From Nitrospirota bacterium (GTDB lineage Bacteria; Nitrospirota; UBA9217), in contig OY760142.1 of assembly GCA_963663225.1 (NCBI GenBank), positions 288,001 through 352,000 on the forward strand: 64,000 nucleotides of DNA, in the 5' to 3' direction. Position numbers and translations under genes: made by a program. The notes below the pieces were generated by a model. That model was given only the letters and a program-made list of their open reading frames with translations, was not told the DNA's origin and did not search any database. Below, piece after piece: positions 10,086 to 18,965 of the stretch. Every line of letters begins with the position of its first letter. Position 1 is the stretch's first letter.

Positions 10086-10916
10086 TTAGAAGAGCTTCAG
10101 AACCGACTGGGCTGCCTGAGAAGACAGGCTTAAGGCCGTCGTACCGAGTGACTGACGAGTCTGGAGCATCAGCATATTTGCCCCTTCTTCGTTCATATCA
10201 GCCAGGGTCAGGTTGTCAGCACCTGTCGTAAGTGTGTTGACCACTGCAGTCGTGAAATCCTGTCGAGCATTAATAACAGCCAGGTTCGATGAAAGGTTGG
10301 CCGACACGCTCAGCAAGTTGGTCGTTGCATTGTTGAGCTCGGTAATCGCACTGTTAATACTTGTGTCACCAGCCGCATTCGCTGTCCAGCCTGCCGCGGT
10401 GGAGATGTTCAGACCGGCTGCCGCTGTCGTAGCATCCTGCCCGGTAATCGTGAGCGAAGAGGTTCCGTCTGCGTTGAAATTCACGGTCAGATCGTCGCCA
10501 TTAAGAAGGTTCTTGCCATTGTAACCGGAATCCGTCGCCAATGCGTCTATCTGCGACTTGATTGTATTGTACTGGGCCAGATACGTTGCGCGGGTAGTCG
10601 CATCAGAAGTGCTGAGGGCTGTCTGCGCAATACCTTTTGCGGACGCGATCAGGGCCTGAATGCCGGTAATACCTGCGTTGGCGGCGTTGATTGTCTGTAC
10701 AGCCTGCGACATGCTGTCTTTGAGAGACGAAAGGTCGCTGGCACGCTGGGTCAAGGATTGGGCTGCAAAGAAGTTCGTGGGATTGTCAAGGGCGCTGTTG
10801 ACTTTCTTGCCTGTGGACAAACGCTCCTGCGTTCTGTTCAAAAGTTTAACGGTGTTCTGCAAGCTTACGAGGTTGCTCCGCATTCCTGAGGTTAATGAGA
10901 TATCATTGATTGCCAT
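10086..10916 (-). CDS. fliC: Flagellin (short, alphaproteobacterial-type N-terminus)
   Basis: ISLTSGMRSNLVSLQ, RLSTGKKVNSALDNPTNFF, LTLADMNEEGANMLMLQTRQSLG...AAQSVLKLF. Confidence 0.95.
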   Translation of the reverse strand: MAINDISLTSGMRSNLVSLQNTVKLLNRTQERLSTGKKVNSALDNPTNFFAAQSLTQRASDLSSLKDSMSQAVQTINAANAGITGIQALIASAKGIAQTALSTSDATTRATYLAQYNTIKSQIDALATDSGYNGKNLLNGDDLTVNFNADGTSSLTITGQDATTAAAGLNISTAAGWTANAAGDTSINSAITELNNATTNLLSVSANLSSNLAVINARQDFTTAVVNTLTTGADNLTLADMNEEGANMLMLQTRQSLGTTALSLSSQAAQSVLKLF

Positions 10917-11067
10917 TGTTTTGTTTCTCCTTTTCTAGGTTTTGTACCGGCATTTCTTGCCGGTAGTGTGCTTTTTTCATCAGATAGTTGGTTGAGGTAT
11001 CAGGCTGGTCTTTGTTCTTACATTCACTCCTTTCTTGACCGGATTCCTCTCTCCCTTTTGGCTTATT

Positions 11068-11094
11068 TTATCGGCACGCTTTATAAAAACTTTA
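11068..11094 (-). promoter_or_regulatory. Sigma28 (FliA) promoter of the flagellin operon
   Basis: TAAA-gtttttataaagcgt(15)-GCCGATAA, exact consensus. Confidence 0.9.
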
Positions 11095-11185
11095 ATCTCT
11101 AATTTATCAATATGATATGGATTTCTATAGCAGTAATTTACGTGACGCATCCTTAAAGCCTCCCCATAAAAAAGCCATTATCATC

Positions 11186-11212
11186 TAAAGTTTCGACTTA
11201 GAGCGCCGATAT
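11186..11212 (+). promoter_or_regulatory. Sigma28 promoter of the stator/c-di-GMP operon
   Basis: TAAA-gtttcgacttagagc(15)-GCCGATAT. Confidence 0.85.
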
Positions 11213-11278
11213 GATAACTGTAGATTTCCCTATACCATATTCCCAGTGCGCCCGGACCGGTGCGGAAGGATGATTTTT

Positions 11279-11479
11279 ATGGCTATTGCCCCTTTTCAAA
11301 CAACTGAAGTTGTTCAGCTTTATAACAGGATTTTTAAGTTGAATCCGTCCATGATCCTTGACAAAGAAGAGCAGACGGAACCTCAGGACATGGTCAAAAT
11401 TTCAGCAGAGGCAAAGAAAAAACAAATCATAGAACAAGCCCGAACCGAGGTGCTTGAACGAATTAGGAGCACCAAGTAA
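11279..11479 (+). CDS. Small flagellar-associated protein (resembles the DVU0524-type FlgM-associated family)
   Basis: 66 aa, SD GAAGGA, first gene after the sigma28 promoter, DxVxISxEAK motif; family call is tentative. Confidence 0.6.
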   Translation: MAIAPFQTTEVVQLYNRIFKLNPSMILDKEEQTEPQDMVKISAEAKKKQIIEQARTEVLERIRSTK

Positions 11480-11504
11480 ATCTGAGTAAAGGCGGACTAT
11501 TCTT

Positions 11505-12107
11505 CTGGAAAAACAAGACTTTAAAATACTGGTAGCTGACGACGATGAAATCGTGCGGGAGGTGATCAAATCACTCCTCACCAAAGAACGGTATTCCGTC
11601 GTCACCGCGCGCGACGGCATTGAAGCGATCAATATCCTCAGGGTCGAGGATATGCATCTTTTGATAACCGACCTCCGCATGCCGGGTGCGGACGGGATCG
11701 AAGTTCTGAAATACGCCATCAGGAATAATCCCGATACCTCAGTCGTCATTCTTACTGCGTTCGCAACCCTTGACACAACACTCGAAGCGGTCAAGGAAGG
11801 GGCGTATGATTATCTGACAAAGCCGTTTAAGGTGCAGGAACTCATCGCATTGACTGAAAAGGCATACAAGCAGGCGCTGCTCATCAAGGACAACCGAGAA
11901 CTCAGGAAAGCCCTTCAGGACACCTACCGCGACATAGAGCTGATCAAAACCGTGGCGAACCACAATAATGCCGGTATGACGGCGGGATGGATCGAGCGGG
12001 TCGAGCAGCTGAAGTCCATGAGTGTTTTTTCGGAGCAGGAAGCTACTCTTCTGAAAGAAAGGCTGACAACGCGTGATGGAAGCCGGCAGAATATTAATAG
12101 TCGATGA
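11505..12107 (+). CDS. Response regulator (receiver, coiled coil, SHOCT-like tail); non-canonical start
   Basis: KILVADDD lies upstream of the tracked GTG 11553; LITDLRMPG, LTA and YLTKPF motifs; in-frame TAA at 11487. Confidence 0.85.
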   Translation: MEKQDFKILVADDDEIVREVIKSLLTKERYSVVTARDGIEAINILRVEDMHLLITDLRMPGADGIEVLKYAIRNNPDTSVVILTAFATLDTTLEAVKEGAYDYLTKPFKVQELIALTEKAYKQALLIKDNRELRKALQDTYRDIELIKTVANHNNAGMTAGWIERVEQLKSMSVFSEQEATLLKERLTTRDGSRQNINSR

Positions 12108-13560
12108 CGATCCGATTGTAAGATCCGTCCTGTCTGATCTGCTTGAAACCGTTGGAAATTATACGACGGACTGCGCTGAAGACGGGCTCGACGGCATTAG
12201 AAAAGTCACGGACAACGATTACGACATCGTGTTCACCGACCTTACCATGCCGCGGCTTACCGGCATCGATTTTCTGAAAGAGACCAAAAAGATCCGGCCG
12301 CAGCTCCCTGTCGTGGTCATCACGGGTCATGGCACTCTGGACAATGCAATAAATGCCATGCGGGAAGGCGCGAAGGATTTCATAACAAAACCATTTAATA
12401 TTGCGACAGTCGCTTCGGTGGCCGAGCGGACCATCGGCGAGAAAAAACTGCTCGAAAAGCTTCTCGGCCCGGGAGACTATGACGGATCCGTCGGCAGGCT
12501 GAACACGGAGCTCTTTAAAAAGCTACAGGAAATAAGCATCCTTCAGGCTTTAAGCACCGAAATCGACAGCATGTACGACAATAAAAAGATATACGAACAG
12601 ATTGTGGAAATGGCATCCCGGATCATTGCGACCAGGGAAATATCGTTCGGCATTATTGAAAACGGCTGGTTCAAAACAAAAAGCGCACTGGGCACAAGCC
12701 TGAAGCACATCCCCGTGGCAAACACGCTGTTAGCGTATGTTATAGAATCGCAAACACACTATCTTGCCATGAACGGCGAGATCAACCCGCACACCGGCAC
12801 AACGCTGACCTCGCAGTTTTTTTCCATACCCTTCACCATCCATCATGAGGTTTTCGGAATACTGAATTTTTGCGATAAAGTTGATGGAACGGGTTTCAGC
12901 GACGGCGAAGTTTCCCTGGTGCTCACCTTCGCCAAAAAGGCCGCACAAAGAATCGAAAACAATGCCCTGTACGAAGTTTTTCACAACAACCTGATTAATA
13001 CCTTGAAGTCCCTTGTCAGCAGCATTGAAGCGCGCGACCCCTATACCCAGCGCCATTCGGACCGCGTGACCCGTTATGCCCTGGAAATAGCGAACGTCAT
13101 GAACCTCTCTCCCGAAGGAAAAGATGCCATCAACTTCGGAGGATATCTCCATGACATCGGGAAAATCGGAGTACGGGACACTATCCTTCTAAAGCCCGAC
13201 AAACTTACGCCGGAGGAATACGCCGAAATCAAGCTGCACCCGGTTATCGGGGACACGATCATCAAGCCTATCAAGTTTTTTCCCAAGGAGCGGGAAGTCA
13301 TTCTGTATCACCACGAAAGATTCGACGGAAGCGGCTATCCGCACGGCCTCGCCGGCAGCAGCATTCCCTTGACCGCGCGCATACTCGCGGTTGCCGACAC
13401 CTACGACGCCATGACCACGTCGCGGCCGTACCGCACCGCATTGACGCACGAGCAGGCCGTTGCGGAAATCAAGCGCTGCTCAAACACGCAATTTGACGGC
13501 GAGGTTGTCCGTGCATTTCTTCAAACAGCAGCAATAAAGGGGGGGCAACGATGGGACTAA
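12076..13560 (+). CDS. Receiver-GAF-HD-GYP c-di-GMP phosphodiesterase
   Basis: ILIVDDD, FTDLTMP and KPF receiver motifs; YLHDIGKIG, HHERFDGSGYP and AVADTYDAMT motifs. Confidence 0.92.
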   Translation: MEAGRILIVDDDPIVRSVLSDLLETVGNYTTDCAEDGLDGIRKVTDNDYDIVFTDLTMPRLTGIDFLKETKKIRPQLPVVVITGHGTLDNAINAMREGAKDFITKPFNIATVASVAERTIGEKKLLEKLLGPGDYDGSVGRLNTELFKKLQEISILQALSTEIDSMYDNKKIYEQIVEMASRIIATREISFGIIENGWFKTKSALGTSLKHIPVANTLLAYVIESQTHYLAMNGEINPHTGTTLTSQFFSIPFTIHHEVFGILNFCDKVDGTGFSDGEVSLVLTFAKKAAQRIENNALYEVFHNNLINTLKSLVSSIEARDPYTQRHSDRVTRYALEIANVMNLSPEGKDAINFGGYLHDIGKIGVRDTILLKPDKLTPEEYAEIKLHPVIGDTIIKPIKFFPKEREVILYHHERFDGSGYPHGLAGSSIPLTARILAVADTYDAMTTSRPYRTALTHEQAVAEIKRCSNTQFDGEVVRAFLQTAAIKGGQRWD

Positions 13561-14309
13561 AAGCGGGAGATACTGTCTTTTTCAGGGTTATGCCGGGAAT
13601 GGAAATGCTTCAGGGTACAATCACGTCTGTTGAGGACGCGCTGCTCTCCCTGCGGTCACACGACAAACTGCCGACGGACCTGTCTCCGGGGCGCTATGTA
13701 ATCATACCGGAAGCGGACACCGACTGCGATTACTACACTGAAATTACCGAGGTACACGATGAGCTGCTTCATTTGAAGCGGCTCTGGACCGGCAAGCGGG
13801 ACTTCTTCCGGGTTGACGACGTTTTTCCCGTTCTTGTACGGAAAATACCGCCCAATGCATCCGCCAAACAATGCAGAATCATAACCGGCTTCAGTGCGGA
13901 AGACTCCGCCGAGTCCACCATGCCGGACGGGACCGTCAGCCCGCAAGTCTGGAAAATGCTTGTCAACATCAACACAAAACTGGAGATGATCCTGGAAAAG
14001 CTGTCCATCGAAAGCGAAGGTCTGACGCAGGCGCACAGTACGCCGGTTAACGTCAGCGCGTCCGGAATTCGGTTGACCATACCGGAAATCGTCGCGTGCG
14101 GAGATGCTGTTGAAGTCAAAATGGCGTTACCGGTATATCCTCCCGTGGCAATTGTTGCCTGCGGAGAAGTATTGCGGGCCACACCCAACGATCGGGGTGG
14201 ATGTGAAGTCGCCTTGCAGTTCGTCGACATGGACGATGATGTGCGCGACCAGGTAATTCACTATACCTTCAACCGGCAGCGAGAGATGAACAGACGACAG
14301 GACAGATAA
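13551..14309 (+). CDS. PilZ domain protein (candidate flagellar brake or stator adaptor)
   Basis: RDFFR (RxxxR) and NVSASG (D/NxSxxG) motifs; directly upstream of the stator genes. Confidence 0.85.
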   Translation: MGLKAGDTVFFRVMPGMEMLQGTITSVEDALLSLRSHDKLPTDLSPGRYVIIPEADTDCDYYTEITEVHDELLHLKRLWTGKRDFFRVDDVFPVLVRKIPPNASAKQCRIITGFSAEDSAESTMPDGTVSPQVWKMLVNINTKLEMILEKLSIESEGLTQAHSTPVNVSASGIRLTIPEIVACGDAVEVKMALPVYPPVAIVACGEVLRATPNDRGGCEVALQFVDMDDDVRDQVIHYTFNRQREMNRRQDR

Positions 14310-14325
14310 GGAAATATTCCATCAT

Positions 14326-15072
14326 ATGGACCGTGCAAGTTTCTTAGGACTTATTCTCGGGATAGCGGCAATCATAGCCGGCAACATGATTGACGGGGGA
14401 AGGCTGAACACCATCCTGCAACCCACGGCCGCGATCATTGTGTTCGGAGGAACCCTCGGCGCTACACTGCTGAGTTTTCCCTTCAGAGACGTGGTCAGAG
14501 CCGTTGCATCGCTGCGGAGCATTTTTTTTCAGCGGACGGGCAATCCGGAGGCAATCATCCGAGATATCATCCGGTATGCGCATATGGCGCGCAGAAACGG
14601 CCTGATCATTCTGGAGCCGGAAATCGTTAAAATCTCTCATCCGTTTCTCGCAAAGGCGCTCAAACTCGCAATAGACGGCACCAGCCCCGTTATGCTGCGA
14701 GAGATCATGGAACAGGAAAACACAACCTACGAGGAAGAACGCAGACGGATCGCAAAAGTGTATGAAACCGCCGGAGGGTTCGCGCCCACGATCGGTATCG
14801 TAGGCGCCGTCCTCGGACTCATTCATGTAATGGAAAATCTGTCCGATCCTTCAAAACTGGGCGCCGGCATCGCCGTGGCCTTCGTGGCGACAATTTACGG
14901 TGTAGGTTCGGCAAACCTTTTTATCCTGCCGATGGCAAAAAAGCTTACCCACGCCTTGAACCGGGACCTATCACAGCGGGAAATGCTGATCGAAGCCGTC
15001 CTGGGCATTCAGGCAGGCACCAATCCCCACCATCTCGAAGAACGTCTCAAGGTTTTTCTTGAGGAACAGTAA
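14326..15072 (+). CDS. motA: Flagellar stator A subunit (MotC/PomA-like)
   Basis: IVFGGTLGA, ARRNGLIILE, GGFAPTIGIVGAVLGLI and AFVATIYG motifs. Confidence 0.92.
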   Translation: MDRASFLGLILGIAAIIAGNMIDGGRLNTILQPTAAIIVFGGTLGATLLSFPFRDVVRAVASLRSIFFQRTGNPEAIIRDIIRYAHMARRNGLIILEPEIVKISHPFLAKALKLAIDGTSPVMLREIMEQENTTYEEERRRIAKVYETAGGFAPTIGIVGAVLGLIHVMENLSDPSKLGAGIAVAFVATIYGVGSANLFILPMAKKLTHALNRDLSQREMLIEAVLGIQAGTNPHHLEERLKVFLEEQ

Positions 15073-15083
15073 GGAAAACCACG

Positions 15084-15773
15084 ATGAGAAAAAAAAAGCG
15101 ACAAGACGAACCCGAGAATGTAGACCGTTGGGTGGTTTCCTATGCGGACTTCATTACTCTTCTGTTCGCTTTTTTTACCACGCTGTACGCGATCAGCCAT
15201 GTGGATGCGGTAAAACTTGACCGTTTTGCAGGCTCCATGAAGTCCGCCCTGAAAAGCCAGACAACTCCCACGAGCAGCAGCTCTCTTATTGAAGGGATCA
15301 AACCCATCAATTATGAAGACGCCAGGCTTGAAAAAGAGATACGGTCTGTTTTTGAGAAATCTGGTATAATAGAGGGCGTTGTGATTTCGCGTGATGAACG
15401 CGGCGTGCTCATTTCATTTGGCGATACGGTCCTGTTTGAACCCGGATCTGCGGAGATAAAACCAGAGGCGCAGTCGTTGATTGCCTCCGTCGCGGGAATC
15501 ATCCGGCAGACGCGCAATACCATTTCAATAGAAGGGCACACAGACAATACTCCGATCCGAAGCTCCCGGTACACCTCGAATTGGGAACTTTCTGCTGCAC
15601 GGGCGACAAGCGTTCTGGCCTCTCTTCTCCAGGATCATCAACTTAAACCGGAACGGTTTTCGGCCTCGGGGTATGGAGAGTACCGTCCCGTTACATCAAA
15701 CACCACACCCGACGGCAGGACAAAAAACAGGAGGGTAGATATCATCTTTGGTAACAAAAAAGACGGACCATAA
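15084..15773 (+). CDS. motB: Flagellar stator B subunit (MotD-like, OmpA domain)
   Basis: RWVVSYADFITLLFAFF, EGHTDN, NWELSAARA and NRRVDI motifs. Confidence 0.92.
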   Translation: MRKKKRQDEPENVDRWVVSYADFITLLFAFFTTLYAISHVDAVKLDRFAGSMKSALKSQTTPTSSSSLIEGIKPINYEDARLEKEIRSVFEKSGIIEGVVISRDERGVLISFGDTVLFEPGSAEIKPEAQSLIASVAGIIRQTRNTISIEGHTDNTPIRSSRYTSNWELSAARATSVLASLLQDHQLKPERFSASGYGEYRPVTSNTTPDGRTKNRRVDIIFGNKKDGP

Positions 15774-17274
15774 AATACTCTTTCTGGGTTTCAATCCGGA
15801 AGAACACGCCCGCATCAAAAGCGTTTTCAAAGAAAAACATCCGGACTTGGGCATCGTTTTTTCCTCCTCGAACGAAGACGGACTTCTTGCCGTGAAGAAG
15901 GCCAAAATTGCCGCAATTTTCATCAACCAGGCTGCGGATTCGATAAACGGATTCAGTTTTATAAAAACCATTCAGTCACTTGAATACCATATCCCAACCG
16001 TGCAGGTCACCCTGCCCCAGGATAAAGAGGCGATCCTGAATGCTTTTGAAAAAGGAATTTACGAGTGTCTCTCCATGGAGGAGAATTATATCGATTCCCT
16101 TCCCGTCGTTATGGATCGCGCGCTTGCACGCCACAAATACAGAAAAATGTCGCGCGCAAAAGAGTGGGCCATCAGCCAGAGCCGCAAGGAATGGATCACC
16201 ATCATTGACGCGATAACGGATTTTATTTTTATTACCGACGACCAGTGCAAGCTGGTAAAAATGAACTGGGCGTTCTCCTCCGCGTTCGGCGGCACCCACC
16301 CCCGGTCTCTCATCGGGAGCACCTGCGTTGCTATTTTCGGGGACAATACGCCCTGCAACGACTGCCATATCAATAATATCCTGCAGCACACCACCAACAC
16401 CGCGGAAAAAAAAGTAAATGACAATATTTATCAATTCAGCACCTTCCCTCTGTATATCGACGAAAAACCATATACCGTGCATGTTATGAAGAACATTACG
16501 GAAATGAGAAAGCTCAAGGACCAACTCTACTATGCAGACAAGCTTGCGTCCCTGGGAAGCCTGGTCGCTGGAGTGGCGCATGAAATCAACAACCCGCTCA
16601 CCGGAGTCATTGCATATTCGGAGCTTCTTTTAATGAAATCCTCCCGGGGAGACATCGACGACGAATTAAAGAAAATCCTGCATAATGCCGAAAGATGTAA
16701 AAAGATTGTGGAGAACCTGCTTACCTTCTCCCGCCAGAAGGCCCCGACAAAAAGTATCGAGGCCCTGAATGACATTATAGACCGCACGATCGACCTCAGG
16801 ACGTACTGGCTTCGATCAGGCAACATAGAGGTCGTCCGGGAGTACGACGAAGGATTGACGGTTTTCGTAGACGCGCAGCAGATGCAGATGGTGTTCCTGA
16901 ACATTCTGCAGAACGCGGAGCAGGCAATCAAGGATACGGGGAAAAGTTCCGGAAAGATTACGATCAACACGCGCTACAACAAGCAGCAGAAAAAAATAAC
17001 CATACGATTCAGCGACAACGGATCGGGTATTCCGAAGGGCGTGCTCGCAAAAATCTTCGATCCCTTCTTTACCACAAAATCTGTGGGGGTCGGCACAGGA
17101 TTGGGACTTGCAATCTCCCATGGCATCATTACGGAGCACGGCGGCAGAATCTGGGCAGAAAGTGTTGAAGGAGAAGGGGCCACGCTTATTGTTGAGTTGC
17201 CCACCGGTGCCGTCAACGGCACAGAAGCTCCGGTAATACTGGGATCAACACATCCGGAAAACGCAGAAAGGTAA
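15748..17274 (+). CDS. Cytoplasmic histidine kinase (pseudo-receiver, PAS, HisKA, HATPase)
   Basis: GVAHEINNPL H-box, NILQNA, DNGSG, FDPFFTTK, GTGLGL; no TM segment; TTG start uncertain. Confidence 0.88.
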   Translation: MVTKKTDHKILFLGFNPEEHARIKSVFKEKHPDLGIVFSSSNEDGLLAVKKAKIAAIFINQAADSINGFSFIKTIQSLEYHIPTVQVTLPQDKEAILNAFEKGIYECLSMEENYIDSLPVVMDRALARHKYRKMSRAKEWAISQSRKEWITIIDAITDFIFITDDQCKLVKMNWAFSSAFGGTHPRSLIGSTCVAIFGDNTPCNDCHINNILQHTTNTAEKKVNDNIYQFSTFPLYIDEKPYTVHVMKNITEMRKLKDQLYYADKLASLGSLVAGVAHEINNPLTGVIAYSELLLMKSSRGDIDDELKKILHNAERCKKIVENLLTFSRQKAPTKSIEALNDIIDRTIDLRTYWLRSGNIEVVREYDEGLTVFVDAQQMQMVFLNILQNAEQAIKDTGKSSGKITINTRYNKQQKKITIRFSDNGSGIPKGVLAKIFDPFFTTKSVGVGTGLGLAISHGIITEHGGRIWAESVEGEGATLIVELPTGAVNGTEAPVILGSTHPENAER

Positions 17275-17276
17275 AT

Positions 17277-18134
17277 ATGCTCGTCATTATTGGAGCACTC
17301 GTGGTTTTGGGCGCCGTCATCGGCGGTTATCTCATGGAGCATGGAAATCTGTCCGTCCTCGTGCAGCCCGCCGAGTTGGTGATCATCGGCGGAGCCGCAT
17401 TAGGCGCTTTTCTTATTTCCTCGCCGCCGAAAGTCACCGCCCATGTGCTTAAAAATATTTTCGGCATTTTCGCTTCAAAGAGCAGAACCAAAGGACAATA
17501 TCTGGAACTGCTGACGCTTCTGTACCGGCTCTTCTCAAAAATCCGGAAAGACGGACTGATCTCTATTGAAGCGGACATAGAAAATCCGCAGAAAAGTCCG
17601 ATTTTCGCCAAATATCGCTCGGTACTCTCAAACCCGCACGCGCTCAATTTTATTTGCGACAATTTCAAGGTGATCGTCTCGGCAAATATTCCCCCGCACG
17701 AATTGGAAAGCCTGGCCGATCTTGAAATAGAGACATCTCATCATGAAGCGATGATCCCGTCGCATAGTGTGGCCAGGGTAGCCGATGGTCTGCCCGGACT
17801 CGGTATTGTGGCAGCGGTCCTCGGCATCGTACTCACCATGTCGAAAATCGACCAGCCACCTGCGGTGCTCGGCCACAGCGTGGGCGCCGCCCTGGTGGGT
17901 ACGTTTCTGGGCGTTCTGCTGTGCTACGGTTTTGTCGGCCCCGTCGCGGTAAATCTCGAACACAAGGCGAAGGAAGAAAATAATTTCTTTCAAGTCATCA
18001 AGGTGGCGCTGGTGGCCTTCGTAGGCGGCGCGGCCCCCCAGATGGCGGTTGAGTTCGCCCGGCGCGCTATACCGGGCAATGAAAAACCGACCTTTGATGA
18101 ACTCGAAAAAACGGTCAGAGATTCCACAAAATGA
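17277..18134 (+). CDS. motA: Flagellar stator MotA (enteric type)
   Basis: QPAELVIIGGAA, DGLPGLGIVAAVLG, GAALVGTFLG and AVEFARRAI motifs. Confidence 0.93.
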   Translation: MLVIIGALVVLGAVIGGYLMEHGNLSVLVQPAELVIIGGAALGAFLISSPPKVTAHVLKNIFGIFASKSRTKGQYLELLTLLYRLFSKIRKDGLISIEADIENPQKSPIFAKYRSVLSNPHALNFICDNFKVIVSANIPPHELESLADLEIETSHHEAMIPSHSVARVADGLPGLGIVAAVLGIVLTMSKIDQPPAVLGHSVGAALVGTFLGVLLCYGFVGPVAVNLEHKAKEENNFFQVIKVALVAFVGGAAPQMAVEFARRAIPGNEKPTFDELEKTVRDSTK

Positions 18135-18922
18135 AAAGCAAAAAAGCCATCATCATCAAAAAGATCATAAAGCGGGGGTCGGAAGGTAGCCACGGCGGAA
18201 GCTGGAAAGTCGCGTATGCCGACTTCGTTACTGCCATGATGGCTTTTTTTCTGCTTCTCTGGCTTTTGAGCATGGTCTCGCAGGATAAACGAATGCGCTT
18301 GTCCGAATATTTCAAAAGCTTCAGTGTTTTTCAGCAGACCGGCACATCCTTTATGGATCGCACCACCGAAATGCTGAAAGAGTCGGGGGAATCTCCCAAA
18401 AAATCCACTCCCGAGGCATCTCCCTCGATTGCGAATACAATGAATGCGACTATGAAAGCGGAGGACGTTAAAGAATCGATCAAAAAAGCCATCGAGCAAA
18501 AGCTTGACGACATCAAGGATCAGGTTTTGGTCGATATCTTTGAAGGAGGGGTACGCATCCAGCTTGTGGACAAGGCGGGCAAACCCATGTTTGAAATAGG
18601 ATCGTCGCACCCCACGCCCCTTGCGATGCGGATACTTCAGGTTATCGGCGACAACATTAAAAATCTCCCGAATCCCGCTTCCGTGGAAGGCCATACTGAC
18701 TCACTGGCGTATAAATCCTCGAACTACGGAAACTGGGAACTGTCCACAGAACGAGCCCTCGCCGCCCGCAAAGAACTGGAGACACTGGGGCTCAGCGCTT
18801 CCCGGCTAACCAGAGTTGCAGGATATGCCGATACCGTGCCTCTGATTAAAGAAGACACAGAAGATCCCCGCAATAGGCGGATAAGCATTATCCTCTTTTT
18901 CCCTCAGAAACAGCCTCAGTAG
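18131..18922 (+). CDS. motB: Flagellar stator MotB (enteric type)
   Basis: HGGSWKVAYADFVTAMMAFF, EGHTD, NWELSTERA and NRRISI motifs. Confidence 0.93.
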   Translation: MKSKKAIIIKKIIKRGSEGSHGGSWKVAYADFVTAMMAFFLLLWLLSMVSQDKRMRLSEYFKSFSVFQQTGTSFMDRTTEMLKESGESPKKSTPEASPSIANTMNATMKAEDVKESIKKAIEQKLDDIKDQVLVDIFEGGVRIQLVDKAGKPMFEIGSSHPTPLAMRILQVIGDNIKNLPNPASVEGHTDSLAYKSSNYGNWELSTERALAARKELETLGLSASRLTRVAGYADTVPLIKEDTEDPRNRRISIILFFPQKQPQ

Positions 18923-18965
18923 CCGAAGAACGGCTCAGGACCGACTGCTACAAGCGCTGTCGATA

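Noticed and set aside
15084-18922. Assigning Na+ versus H+ coupling to the two stators from the MotB TM sequence
   Set aside because: Residues at the diagnostic position (Thr and Leu) are not reliable predictors outside the studied families.
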